This document shows, one piece after another, positions 42,801 through 51,596 of a stretch of DNA of 64,000 nucleotides (its first letter is position 1; each line of letters begins with the position of its first letter). A model generated the notes under the pieces. The model ran no database searches, was not told the origin of the DNA, and was given only the letters and a program-made list of their open reading frames with translations. The stretch is from Gemmatimonadales bacterium (lineage in GTDB: Bacteria > Gemmatimonadota > Gemmatimonadetes > Gemmatimonadales > GWC2-71-9). The position numbers and the translations under genes are program-made. The stretch spans positions 160,001 through 224,000 of the forward strand of contig JBFJCP010000001.1 of assembly GCA_041615815.1 (NCBI GenBank). The letters run 5' to 3'.

Positions 42801-44191
42801 CCCAACTCATGGCTCGGGTCCGGGAAGCCGTGACCCGCATTGCGGCCGTCGAGACCAGCGGCCTCAACGCGGTGACCGCCTTCGACGCGGAGCGCGTGCT
42901 CGCGCAGGCTGCGCAGCAAGCCACCGTGTCGGCGCCAGGTCCGCTCAGGGGGCTCATCCTCGCCGTAAAGGACAACATTGCCACCACGGACGCCCCCACG
43001 ACGTGCGCTTCCAGAGTGCTCGAAGGCTACTACTCGCCGTTCGAAGCCACAGCCGTCGCCCGCCTCCGCGATGCCGGCGCGGTCATCGCCTGCAAGACGA
43101 ACCTCGATGAATTCGCCATGGGATCGTCAACGGAGCACTCGGCATGGGGACGCACGCGACACCCCGAGGACCCTCGGCTCGTGCCGGGCGGGTCCTCGGG
43201 CGGATCCGCGGCGCTGGTGGCCGCGGGAGCCGTGGATGCGGCGCTCGGGTCCGAGACAGGCGGTTCGGTGCGGCAGCCGGCGGCCTTCTGTGGCGTCGTG
43301 GGTGTGAAGCCGACCTACGGGCGCGTGTCGCGTTACGGACTCGTCGCGTTCGGGAGCTCGCTCGATCAGATCGGGGTGCTGGCGCGGTCCGTGAACACCG
43401 CTGGGGACGTGCTGAGGGTGATATCCGGCGCCGACCCCAACGATGCCACCTGCGCGCATATACCGCCGTTCGATTCACCGCCGACGCGGCAGAACCTCAG
43501 CGGGACCGTCGTGGGCGTCCCGGACGAGTACTTCCCCCAGGACGCCTTGGCTCCGGGCATTCGCACCATCTGTCTGACCATGCTCGATCGTCTGCGCGAG
43601 CTGGGAGCGGAGATCCGCGCCATCTCGCTGCCACACACCGCCCTCGCCATCCCAACGTACTACGTCATTGCGCCCGCCGAGGCCAGCTCGAACCTCGCCA
43701 GATATGACGGCGTGCGATATGGACTCCGGGTGACGCCTGACGAGGGAGACGTACAGGCCATGTACCGGGCCACTCGCGGAGCGGGATTCGGTCCCGAAGT
43801 CCGGCGCCGCATTATCGTGGGCACCTACGTGCTCTCGGCCGGGTATTACCAAGCCTTCTACGGCCGGGCAGTGACGGCACGACGGCGCATCGCCCACGAT
43901 TTTGACGCCGTCTTCGCGAGCGGCGTGGATCTGATCTTCGCCCCCACGACGCCCACGACCGCATTCGCGGCTGGAGAAAAGCTCAACGATCCGGTGGCCA
44001 TGTACCTGTCGGATGCGTTCGTGTGTCCGACGAACCTCGCGGGGTTGCCGGCCATTTCCGTTCCTCTCGGTCGATCGTGCGGCCACCCCGTTGGCGGACA
44101 GTTCATCGCCCCGCGCTTTGCCGAAGGTCCCATGCTCGCGGCGGCCGCCGTGCTCGAACTCGCCGCCGAACCGGAGAGGGACTTCGCGTGA
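42797..44191 (+). CDS. gatA: Asp/Glu-tRNA amidotransferase subunit A
   Basis: KDNI, KTNLDEFAMGSS, PGGSSGGSAA, GGSVRQPA and SSNLARYDG motifs. Confidence 0.97.
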   Translation: MTQLMARVREAVTRIAAVETSGLNAVTAFDAERVLAQAAQQATVSAPGPLRGLILAVKDNIATTDAPTTCASRVLEGYYSPFEATAVARLRDAGAVIACKTNLDEFAMGSSTEHSAWGRTRHPEDPRLVPGGSSGGSAALVAAGAVDAALGSETGGSVRQPAAFCGVVGVKPTYGRVSRYGLVAFGSSLDQIGVLARSVNTAGDVLRVISGADPNDATCAHIPPFDSPPTRQNLSGTVVGVPDEYFPQDALAPGIRTICLTMLDRLRELGAEIRAISLPHTALAIPTYYVIAPAEASSNLARYDGVRYGLRVTPDEGDVQAMYRATRGAGFGPEVRRRIIVGTYVLSAGYYQAFYGRAVTARRRIAHDFDAVFASGVDLIFAPTTPTTAFAAGEKLNDPVAMYLSDAFVCPTNLAGLPAISVPLGRSCGHPVGGQFIAPRFAEGPMLAAAAVLELAAEPERDFA

Positions 44192-45603
44192 CGTGGGAGA
44201 CGGTCATCGGGCTCGAGGTACACGTCCAACTCGAGACGGCCACGAAGATGTTTTGTGCTTGCTCCACCGTTTTTGGGGATCAACCCAACACCAACGTGTG
44301 TCCCGTCTGCCTCGGATTACCCGGCGCCCTTCCCGTTCCGAACGCCGGGGCGGTGCGGCTTGCCGTGCGAGCGGCCGTCGCGCTCGACTGCACCATCCAC
44401 GATGAAAGTGTCTTTGCCAGGAAGCACTATTTCTACCCGGATCTTCCCAAAGGCTATCAGATCTCGCAGTTCGCCCAACCCCTCGCCACCGGGGGTAGCG
44501 TGCTGATCGAATCCTCGCAGGGACCAAAGCGCATCGGCTTGACCCGACTCCATCTCGAGGAAGACGCTGGAAAGTCCCTCCACGATCGGGTGCCGAACCG
44601 CACGGCGCTGGACTTCAACCGCTGTGGGGTACCACTCATCGAGATCGTGTCCGAACCCGAACTCCGTAGCCCAGCGGACGCGCGCCTGTACTTGGGCGAG
44701 TTGAAACAGATCCTCGAGTACGTCGAAGTCTCCGATTGCAATATGGAAGAGGGAAGCCTTCGGGTTGACGCCAACCTCTCGGTCCGACGCCCAGATCAAC
44801 CGTTGGGCACCAAACAGGAAATCAAGAATCTGAACTCCTTCGCCGCGGTCGAGCGCGCCCTCGCCGACCTGCGAGATCGCCAGATCGCGCAGCTCGAGCA
44901 AGGCCGGCCGGTTGGGTCCACCACGTATTCCGCGGCCACCGGGACGTTACGAGAGCTTCGAGGCAAAGAGGAGAGCCACGACTATCGGTATTTCCCCGAT
45001 CCCGACCTTCCCATCCTCACGCTTGCGCGATGTGGGATCCACGTCGAGGCTGAGCGCGCCGCGCTCCCCGAACTACCTGCCGCCCGACACCGGCGGTTCG
45101 TGTCGGCCTACGGGCTGACCGAGTCGGACGCACAAGTGCTGATCGCGACTCGATCGCTGGCGGACTATTTCGAGGCGGTCGCCACCGAGGGCGCCGATCC
45201 GAAGACCGCCGCCAACTGGGTCATGGGATCGGTCCTCGCCGACGCCAACGAGCACGAAGGGAGGTTCCGCGTCGCACCACACCGTCTCGCGGCGCTGATC
45301 GCCCTCGTGGAGGGTGGGGGTGTCAGTCTCCAGGCCGCCAAACGCGTCTTCGGCGCTCTCGCAGACGGTGACGAGCATCCCCGCGCTGCCGCGGAACGCT
45401 TGGGTCTCGTGCAGGTCGGGGACCCTGGGGCCGTGGACGGTTGGGTGCAGGAGGTACTCGATGCCCACCCGGATGAGGTGGCACGGTATCGTGGCGGTGA
45501 GCGCAGATTGTTCGGGTTCTTCATGGGAGAGGCAATGAAGGCGTCGCGCGGTCGGGCTGATCCCATTCTCGTCCGCCGCCTCTTGCAGCAGCGGTTGCGG
45601 TGA
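44188..45603 (+). CDS. gatB: Asp/Glu-tRNA amidotransferase subunit B
   Basis: IGLEVHVQL, YFYPDLPKGYQISQ, HLEEDAGK and DYRYFPDPDL motifs. Confidence 0.97.
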   Translation: MTWETVIGLEVHVQLETATKMFCACSTVFGDQPNTNVCPVCLGLPGALPVPNAGAVRLAVRAAVALDCTIHDESVFARKHYFYPDLPKGYQISQFAQPLATGGSVLIESSQGPKRIGLTRLHLEEDAGKSLHDRVPNRTALDFNRCGVPLIEIVSEPELRSPADARLYLGELKQILEYVEVSDCNMEEGSLRVDANLSVRRPDQPLGTKQEIKNLNSFAAVERALADLRDRQIAQLEQGRPVGSTTYSAATGTLRELRGKEESHDYRYFPDPDLPILTLARCGIHVEAERAALPELPAARHRRFVSAYGLTESDAQVLIATRSLADYFEAVATEGADPKTAANWVMGSVLADANEHEGRFRVAPHRLAALIALVEGGGVSLQAAKRVFGALADGDEHPRAAAERLGLVQVGDPGAVDGWVQEVLDAHPDEVARYRGGERRLFGFFMGEAMKASRGRADPILVRRLLQQRLR

Positions 45604-45607
45604 GGCG

Positions 45608-46543
45608 CTACGGCGTATCCTGGCCCCCCCGCCAGGGGGCCTGCGCATCGGAGGTCTCCCAAAACCCGAGTTCGTAACTGGGCAACCCAAAGCGCTCGTC
45701 GGCCAGCTCGGCGAGTTGGTCTCGATCACTCGGCAAGCGCGCCCGCATGACGTCGAGCCGCATCCGCTTGGCCAACATGAGGGAGGCCTCGCCCGAGGGA
45801 TCGAGCCGATGCGCCGCCCCGTCTCCGTCGCTCAAGATCTCCATCACCAGCTGGAATGCCACCGCCATATGCTCCTCCACGGCGGTCTCCGAGAGATCCC
45901 AGCGACTCGCCTCGGCCATTAGGCGAAACGCGCGCTGCCAGCTCTGGGTCTCCGTGATCCCCACCATGCCGCGAAACAGACGTCGGCTGGTGCGGACCGA
46001 GAAGATGGTCGGCGCCAAAATGCGATCGAGGTGTGCATCGGCACTCCCGTGATCAAAGCGGATCACCTCCATCGCCGTCCGCGCAAACTGGTCACCGAGA
46101 TGGGTCTCGAACCGACTTTCCCAGTAGGAGTGCCCCAAGGCAATCGTAGTGGAGGTCACCACCAACTGTCGGGGGACGAAGAAATTGTGGGCCACCGTAT
46201 CCGCCGCTAGATGCGCCAGATACCCGAGACCGAAGGCGCGAAGGTTGTCCGTCTCAGCGGAATCGTGAATCTGCTGGCCCACGTGCCACGAGTGACAATG
46301 CCGTCCAACTGGCGCGTACTTCTTCGCCATCGACGTATCGGCGGCGATGTTGCCATAGAGAAAATCGTAGGGAAACGCCCGGAGGAGGTCGGCCACCCGC
46401 GCAGGAAGTTGAGGCAGGTTGGCGAGGACGGTCTCGCCAAGGAAGATGTGCGTACCGGGCGTCCACGCGTTGGCGACGTCGGGAAACACCACGAGGGCGA
46501 AGAGAGCCGCCGCCGTGGCCAGCAGGATCCAGCGAAGCTGCAC
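45608..46543 (-). CDS. Zinc-dependent phospholipase C/P1 nuclease-like secreted protein
   Basis: Signal peptide ANA followed by WTPGTH; YGNIAAD, HCH, GYLAHLAADTVAH and HSYWE Zn-ligand motifs. Confidence 0.85.
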   Translation of the reverse strand: MQLRWILLATAAALFALVVFPDVANAWTPGTHIFLGETVLANLPQLPARVADLLRAFPYDFLYGNIAADTSMAKKYAPVGRHCHSWHVGQQIHDSAETDNLRAFGLGYLAHLAADTVAHNFFVPRQLVVTSTTIALGHSYWESRFETHLGDQFARTAMEVIRFDHGSADAHLDRILAPTIFSVRTSRRLFRGMVGITETQSWQRAFRLMAEASRWDLSETAVEEHMAVAFQLVMEILSDGDGAAHRLDPSGEASLMLAKRMRLDVMRARLPSDRDQLAELADERFGLPSYELGFWETSDAQAPWRGGQDTP

Positions 46544-46547
46544 CCGG

Positions 46548-46997
46548 TTAGCGTCCCCGTCCGAGGAAGGCTCGTCGCATCTTTCGGAAGACGCGCGCGC
46601 CGCGCCGAGTCGTGCGAAGCGCCGAGGCGACATCGAGCATCGTGTCTTCCACCTCCTCCTGCACCACCTCCAACAACGCGTCGAGATCTTGGAGACGCTC
46701 CTGAGCGGCGTCACTGACGCGCAGGAGACCTCCGCGGAGTTTGTCCGCGGTTTCGGCAAACTCACCGGTCTCCCGAGCCACCAACGCGGTGATCTTGGCC
46801 GTGTCCTCGAGGACCCCCCGGGCCAACTGGATGGTGGGGCGGGCTTCGTCATCCATCCAGTCCACCATATTCTCCAGTCGACCCCACATGTGTTTCTGCA
46901 GCCGAGCAAACCACATCAACCACGCCACGGCGGAGATGACGAAGAGGAGTGCGATGACTGCCAACGAAATCGCCGCTACCGCGGCCCAAGCGGTCAT
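46548..46997 (-). CDS. Single-TM coiled-coil protein (DUF948/YoxC-like)
   Basis: AGGAG RBS; N-terminal TM helix then heptad-rich helix. Confidence 0.7.
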   Translation of the reverse strand: MTAWAAVAAISLAVIALLFVISAVAWLMWFARLQKHMWGRLENMVDWMDDEARPTIQLARGVLEDTAKITALVARETGEFAETADKLRGGLLRVSDAAQERLQDLDALLEVVQEEVEDTMLDVASALRTTRRGARVFRKMRRAFLGRGR

Positions 46998-47115
46998 GGT
47001 CTTCTCCTGAAAGGCTTCAGCACAACAAGGAGTTAGAAGATCCCCTGGCCTCCCGCACAGTGTCAAGCGATGCGCTTGCGCAGCGGGGCAGGGGAAGCGT
47101 ATGGTTCGCCCCACG

Positions 47116-48411
47116 ATGCCCCAGTGCTTCCGCGTGACAGGGGGCGTTCCGCTGCATGGAACGGTACGGCCGGCGGGCAACAAGAATGCAGCGCTGCCCA
47201 TCCTGGCCGCGACGCTCCTCGCGGACACCCCATCCGAAATCCACAACGTCCCGCGAATCGGGGACGTGGACGGACTCCTCGCGATCCTGGGCGAGTTGGG
47301 CGTCGAGAGTGAGTGGCGGGAGGACGACGTGCTCCGCGTGGATCCCGCCGGGCTCGCGTCCCGCCGGCTCAATCCGGCCCTCTGTGCCAAGTTGCGCGCG
47401 TCCATTCTGCTGGCCGGCCCCCTCTTGGCACGGTTCGGAAGCGTCGCGCTCCCACCCCCTGGAGGCGACGTGATCGGGCGCCGGCGGCTCGACAGCCACT
47501 TCCTCGCGTTCGAGCGAATGGGCACCGAGGTCACGATCGGCGCGGACTATCATCTCGAGGGACGGAACCTCGAGGGCGCCGACATCTTTCTGGACGAACC
47601 GAGCGTGACGGCCACCGAAAACGCGCTCATGGCGGCGACGGCGGCCACCGGACGCACGGTCCTCCGCAACGCGGCCTCGGAACCCCATGTGCAAGACCTC
47701 GCCCGCGCGCTTCAGGCCATGGGTGCACACATCGAAGGCGTGGGCACGAACATGCTGACCATCGAAGGGGGACGACCCCTCCGCGGCAGCACGCTCGACG
47801 TGGGTCCCGATCACGTGGAGATCGGAAGCTTCATCGGCCTCGCTGCCATTACCAATGGCCACCTGGTGATCGACAACGCCCGGCCCGATGACCTCCGCAG
47901 CATTCTGCTGAATTTCGATCGCCTCGGCGTGCGCCCCCGTTTCGACGGGCAGCACCTCGTGGTCGATCCACACCAAGAACGCCGCATCCAACCCGACTTG
48001 GGCGGACATATCCCCAAGATCGAGGACGGACCGTGGCCCGCCTTTCCGGCGGACCTCACCTCGATTGCAGTGGTGGTCGCCACACAGTGTGATGGTATGG
48101 TGTTGGTCTTCGAAAAGATGTTCGAATCGCGCTTGTTCTTCGTGGACAAGTTGGTGGGCCTCGGAGCGCGGCTTCTCCTGTGCGATCCCCACCGCGTGGT
48201 CATCTCTGGTCCATCCCCACTGCGGGGCGGCGTGGTGGAGAGCCCCGACATTCGCGCCGGCATGGCCATGCTGCTCGCCGCGCTCGCCGCCCAGGGTGAA
48301 AGTGAGATCCACAACATCGGCCAGATCGACCGCGGGTACGAGCGGATCGATGAGCGTCTTCGCGCGCTGGGCGCCCAAATCGAACGGGTCGAGCTGGGCG
48401 ACCGCCGGTGA
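47116..48411 (+). CDS. murA: UDP-N-acetylglucosamine 1-carboxyvinyltransferase
   Basis: GNKNAALP, LRASILL, PGGDVIGRR, SVTATEN, DIRAG and IDRGYE motifs. Confidence 0.97.
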   Translation: MPQCFRVTGGVPLHGTVRPAGNKNAALPILAATLLADTPSEIHNVPRIGDVDGLLAILGELGVESEWREDDVLRVDPAGLASRRLNPALCAKLRASILLAGPLLARFGSVALPPPGGDVIGRRRLDSHFLAFERMGTEVTIGADYHLEGRNLEGADIFLDEPSVTATENALMAATAATGRTVLRNAASEPHVQDLARALQAMGAHIEGVGTNMLTIEGGRPLRGSTLDVGPDHVEIGSFIGLAAITNGHLVIDNARPDDLRSILLNFDRLGVRPRFDGQHLVVDPHQERRIQPDLGGHIPKIEDGPWPAFPADLTSIAVVVATQCDGMVLVFEKMFESRLFFVDKLVGLGARLLLCDPHRVVISGPSPLRGGVVESPDIRAGMAMLLAALAAQGESEIHNIGQIDRGYERIDERLRALGAQIERVELGDRR

Positions 48412-49169
48412 CCTCCCTGGCGTTGGAGCGCTCGGAGATCGCCGTCGACGACCCCGAGCTTGCGCGGTACGCACTCACCCACTGGCAGGACGAATTCGAC
48501 GTCGTGGCCGGCGTCACCGCTCGGGCGCACAGCTTTCCGATTGACCGCCAGGCTGCGCAACCGCGTCCGGGGTCGCCGGATTGGCAGCTCGCGAGGGACC
48601 GTTTCGCCCCCGGGTTCACCAGCATCGTCGTCGGGGCTCAGGTGCACGGCACCCGTCTTGGGACCCATGCCGACCCATCCCCGGGGCTTTATGTGCTGCC
48701 AGCGCTCGACGGGCACGTGGCGACCACACCGGGGCTCCTCTTGACCGTGACGCTGGCGGACTGCATCCCCGTGTATCTGCTGCATCCGGCGTCCGGCACC
48801 CTGGCCCTGCTGCACGCCGGCTGGCGCGGCACGGCCGCCGGGATCCTCGAATTGGGAGTCGAACGCCTATGCGCCCTCGGAGGAGCCTCCCCCAAAGAGG
48901 TCGTAGCTCATTGCGGTGTTGGCATTTGCGGGGCATGTTACGAGGTGGGGTCTGAGGTTGTTCGTGCCGTCACCGGACACACGGACGGGGAGGCCGGACG
49001 GCTCGACCTTCGGCAAGAGCTCGCGCAGCGGGCCGTCCGCGGCGGACTTGCGCGGGTGACGGTGAGCGCCTGGTGCACAGCGCACGACCACGATCGCTTC
49101 CACTCCCACCGTCGGTCCGGCGGGGGGCCGGGGCGGATGATCGCATATCTAGGCCGGCCGGTGACTTGA
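48408..49169 (+). CDS. pgeF: YfiH/PgeF family (polyphenol oxidase-like) protein
   Basis: QVHG, ADCIPV, HAGWRG, CYEVG, CT..FHSHRR and GRM motifs. Confidence 0.9.
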   Translation: MTSLALERSEIAVDDPELARYALTHWQDEFDVVAGVTARAHSFPIDRQAAQPRPGSPDWQLARDRFAPGFTSIVVGAQVHGTRLGTHADPSPGLYVLPALDGHVATTPGLLLTVTLADCIPVYLLHPASGTLALLHAGWRGTAAGILELGVERLCALGGASPKEVVAHCGVGICGACYEVGSEVVRAVTGHTDGEAGRLDLRQELAQRAVRGGLARVTVSAWCTAHDHDRFHSHRRSGGGPGRMIAYLGRPVT

Positions 49170-49242
49170 ACCTCTTCCGGCTTGGCGGTAGCTTTGAGAT
49201 CTTAAGCGTGCGGGTGCGGGTCGTCGGGCCCGCGTTTTTTTT
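49166..49242 (+). promoter_or_regulatory. rimP operon promoter and terminator-like leader hairpin
   Basis: TTGAAC, 17 nt spacer, TAGCTT; then GCGGGTC-GTCG-GGCCCGC hairpin and T8 ending 6 nt before the ATG. Confidence 0.65.
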
Positions 49243-49248
49243 GGACGA

Positions 49249-49758
49249 ATGGACAGCTCCCTGACGGACCTGACCGCCGAAATCCGACGGCGCGTGACCT
49301 CGCTTGGGTACGAGCTGGTCGATCTCCGCAAACGCGGTACCCGGACACGGGTGGTGCTGCAGATCCGGGTCGACCGGCCGGACGCGGCGCCGGGTCAGGG
49401 CATCACGGTGGAGGAATGCGCCGCCGTCAACCGCGGCCTCCAGGAATGGCTGGACGGAAGCGGCGTGTTGGGCTCCCGCTACGTGCTCGAGGTCTCTTCG
49501 CCCGGCATCGAGCGCCCGGTGCGGTGGCGTGAGCATTGGGAGCGTTTCGTGGGACGTGAGGTCACCGTACGGGTGCCGGAACGGGGTCGCCTGCGCGCGA
49601 AGATTGTGCGGGTTCCCCCGGGCAGCGACGACGTGGTGCTGCGTCCGGCGGACAGTGACGAAGAGATCACAGTGCCCCTGGGGGAGGCCCGGGACGCAAA
49701 ACTCGTGGTGGACTGGTCCGCGTTCGACTGGTCGGCCACTCCTGAGAAGAAGGAATAG
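49249..49758 (+). CDS. rimP: Ribosome maturation factor RimP
   Basis: GITVEEC and YVLEVSSPGIERP motifs. Confidence 0.95.
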   Translation: MDSSLTDLTAEIRRRVTSLGYELVDLRKRGTRTRVVLQIRVDRPDAAPGQGITVEECAAVNRGLQEWLDGSGVLGSRYVLEVSSPGIERPVRWREHWERFVGREVTVRVPERGRLRAKIVRVPPGSDDVVLRPADSDEEITVPLGEARDAKLVVDWSAFDWSATPEKKE

Positions 49759-49767
49759 GTACGGGTC

Positions 49768-51285
49768 ATGGTGAGTTCTGCCGAGATGATCGCCGCGCTT
49801 CGCGAGCTGGCGAACATGAAGCAGCTCGATCGCGAGGAGCTGATCGACCTGCTGCGCGATGGCATCCACGCGGCGCTGGTCAAGCGCTTCGGTGCCAACG
49901 TGCGCGCGGAAATCGAGATCGATGACTTGAAAGGAACGATCCTCACCACGGTCCTCAGAACGGTGGTCGACGAGGTTGACGACCCGAGCTCGCAGATCTC
50001 CCTAGAGGAGGCCCGGTGGGAGGACGAGGATTTCGAGCCCGGTGACGTGCTTGAAGAGGAGGTGCCGTTCGAAGCCTTCGGGCGCCTCGCGGTCCAAGCG
50101 GCCAAGCAGCGGATCATTCAGCGCGTCCGGGAGGGGGAGCGCGCGCGCATCCGGGATGAGTTTGGGCCCAAGCTCGGCGAGCTCATCACGGGCGAGGTGC
50201 AGCAGATCGAACGCGGCCGGTTGGTCATCATGATCAACAAGTTCCGCGAGGCCGAGGCGATCATCCCCTATCGGGAACAGAATCCTCGTGAGCATTTTCA
50301 TCAGGGGGATGCGATCCGCGCCGTCTTGAAACGACTCGAGGAAACCCCAAAGGGACCTCGGCTGATCCTGTCGCGAGCGGACCCATTGTTCGTCCAGGCT
50401 CTGTTCAAGCTCGAGGTCCCCGAGGTGCAGCAGGGTCTGGTCGAGATTCGGGCGGCCGCGCGTGAGGTCGGAAGCCGCACCAAGATCGCCGTGAGCAGCC
50501 GCGACGATTCCATCGATCCCGTGGGCGCCTGCGTCGGGCTGAAAGGAAGCCGCGTGCAGGCCGTCGTGAACGAGCTCGGCGGGGAGCGGATCGATATCGT
50601 GCCGTGGTCGCCCGATCCGGAACGGTTTGCCAAATTGGCGCTGGCCCCGGCCCGCGTCGCCAGGGTCTTCTCCGACGCCGACGGTCGGACGATTCAGGCG
50701 ATCGTCGACGAGGATCAGCTATCATTGGCCATCGGGCGCAACGGCCAGAATGTCCGGTTGGCCTCGGAGCTGACGGAGTGGAAAATCGATCTGTACTCGA
50801 GCCGCGAATGGCTCGAGCGAGGTGGTGAGGGACCCCTGTTCGCCCCGTTGCCCCCCGAAGACGAATTGGTGGCAGACGTGCGATTGGACGAACTCAAGGG
50901 GATCTCACCCGAGCTCGTGCAGACGCTGGAACGTGCGGGGTTGAAGACACTGCGCGATATTTTGGATCTGGAGCGCGACGACGTACTCAAGATCCACGAG
51001 ATCACGCCGGAGCAAGCAGACGAGCTGATGGCGTTTCTCTCCGAGCTGACGGAAGAGAATCCCGACGGCGAGGCGGCGGCGGCCACCAGCGGCAGCAAGG
51101 GCGCGGGGACGGGTGGTGCGCAGGCGGCACCAAAGGGCGATGATGAGTCGAGCACTGAAGGCCCGGAGCCGGCGGCCGGCAGCGCAGGCGCGAATGCGGG
51201 GACGGATGGTGAGCAGGAGAAGTCGGAGGGGGATGATCAGCCAGGCGCGGAGGGACGGGAGCCGGAGACGTCTCCAGCGGCGTGA
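49768..51285 (+). CDS. nusA: Transcription termination factor NusA
   Basis: FGRLAVQAAKQ, DPVGACVG and QLSLAIGRNGQNVRLA motifs; acidic low-complexity tail. Confidence 0.98.
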   Translation: MVSSAEMIAALRELANMKQLDREELIDLLRDGIHAALVKRFGANVRAEIEIDDLKGTILTTVLRTVVDEVDDPSSQISLEEARWEDEDFEPGDVLEEEVPFEAFGRLAVQAAKQRIIQRVREGERARIRDEFGPKLGELITGEVQQIERGRLVIMINKFREAEAIIPYREQNPREHFHQGDAIRAVLKRLEETPKGPRLILSRADPLFVQALFKLEVPEVQQGLVEIRAAAREVGSRTKIAVSSRDDSIDPVGACVGLKGSRVQAVVNELGGERIDIVPWSPDPERFAKLALAPARVARVFSDADGRTIQAIVDEDQLSLAIGRNGQNVRLASELTEWKIDLYSSREWLERGGEGPLFAPLPPEDELVADVRLDELKGISPELVQTLERAGLKTLRDILDLERDDVLKIHEITPEQADELMAFLSELTEENPDGEAAAATSGSKGAGTGGAQAAPKGDDESSTEGPEPAAGSAGANAGTDGEQEKSEGDDQPGAEGREPETSPAA

Positions 51286-51584
51286 GCGCCCGGTTACGCC
51301 TCGGCCTGCTGGGCCTGGGCGCGCGGGGCGGACACGTGGTGGCCGGGACGAGCGGTGTGCGGGCGGCGCTGCAACGGGACGAACTCGTGTTAGTGGTCGT
51401 CGCCTCCGATGCGAGCGCACGGACGCACGACAAGGTCAGTCGCCTGGCACGGGCAAGGGAGATTCCTGTCCTCACAGGGCCCGACGCCACAGAGTTGGCC
51501 CGTCGGGTCGGGCGTGCGGGATCGCTTCAAGCAGTGGGTGTTCGCGATCGGCATTTGGCGGCAGGGATTCAAGGTGAATCGTAG
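51282..51584 (+). CDS. L7Ae/L30e family RNA-binding protein (YlxQ-like)
   Basis: LLGLGARGG..VAG..LVVVASDAS pattern; lies between nusA and infB. Confidence 0.88.
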   Translation: MSARLRLGLLGLGARGGHVVAGTSGVRAALQRDELVLVVVASDASARTHDKVSRLARAREIPVLTGPDATELARRVGRAGSLQAVGVRDRHLAAGIQGES

Positions 51585-51596
51585 CAGGAGGAGTGA

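Noticed and set aside
46544..46909. Long N-terminus of the Zn-dependent PLC-like ORF (433 aa)
   Set aside because: It overlaps the upstream coiled-coil gene; the signal peptide begins at GTG 46543
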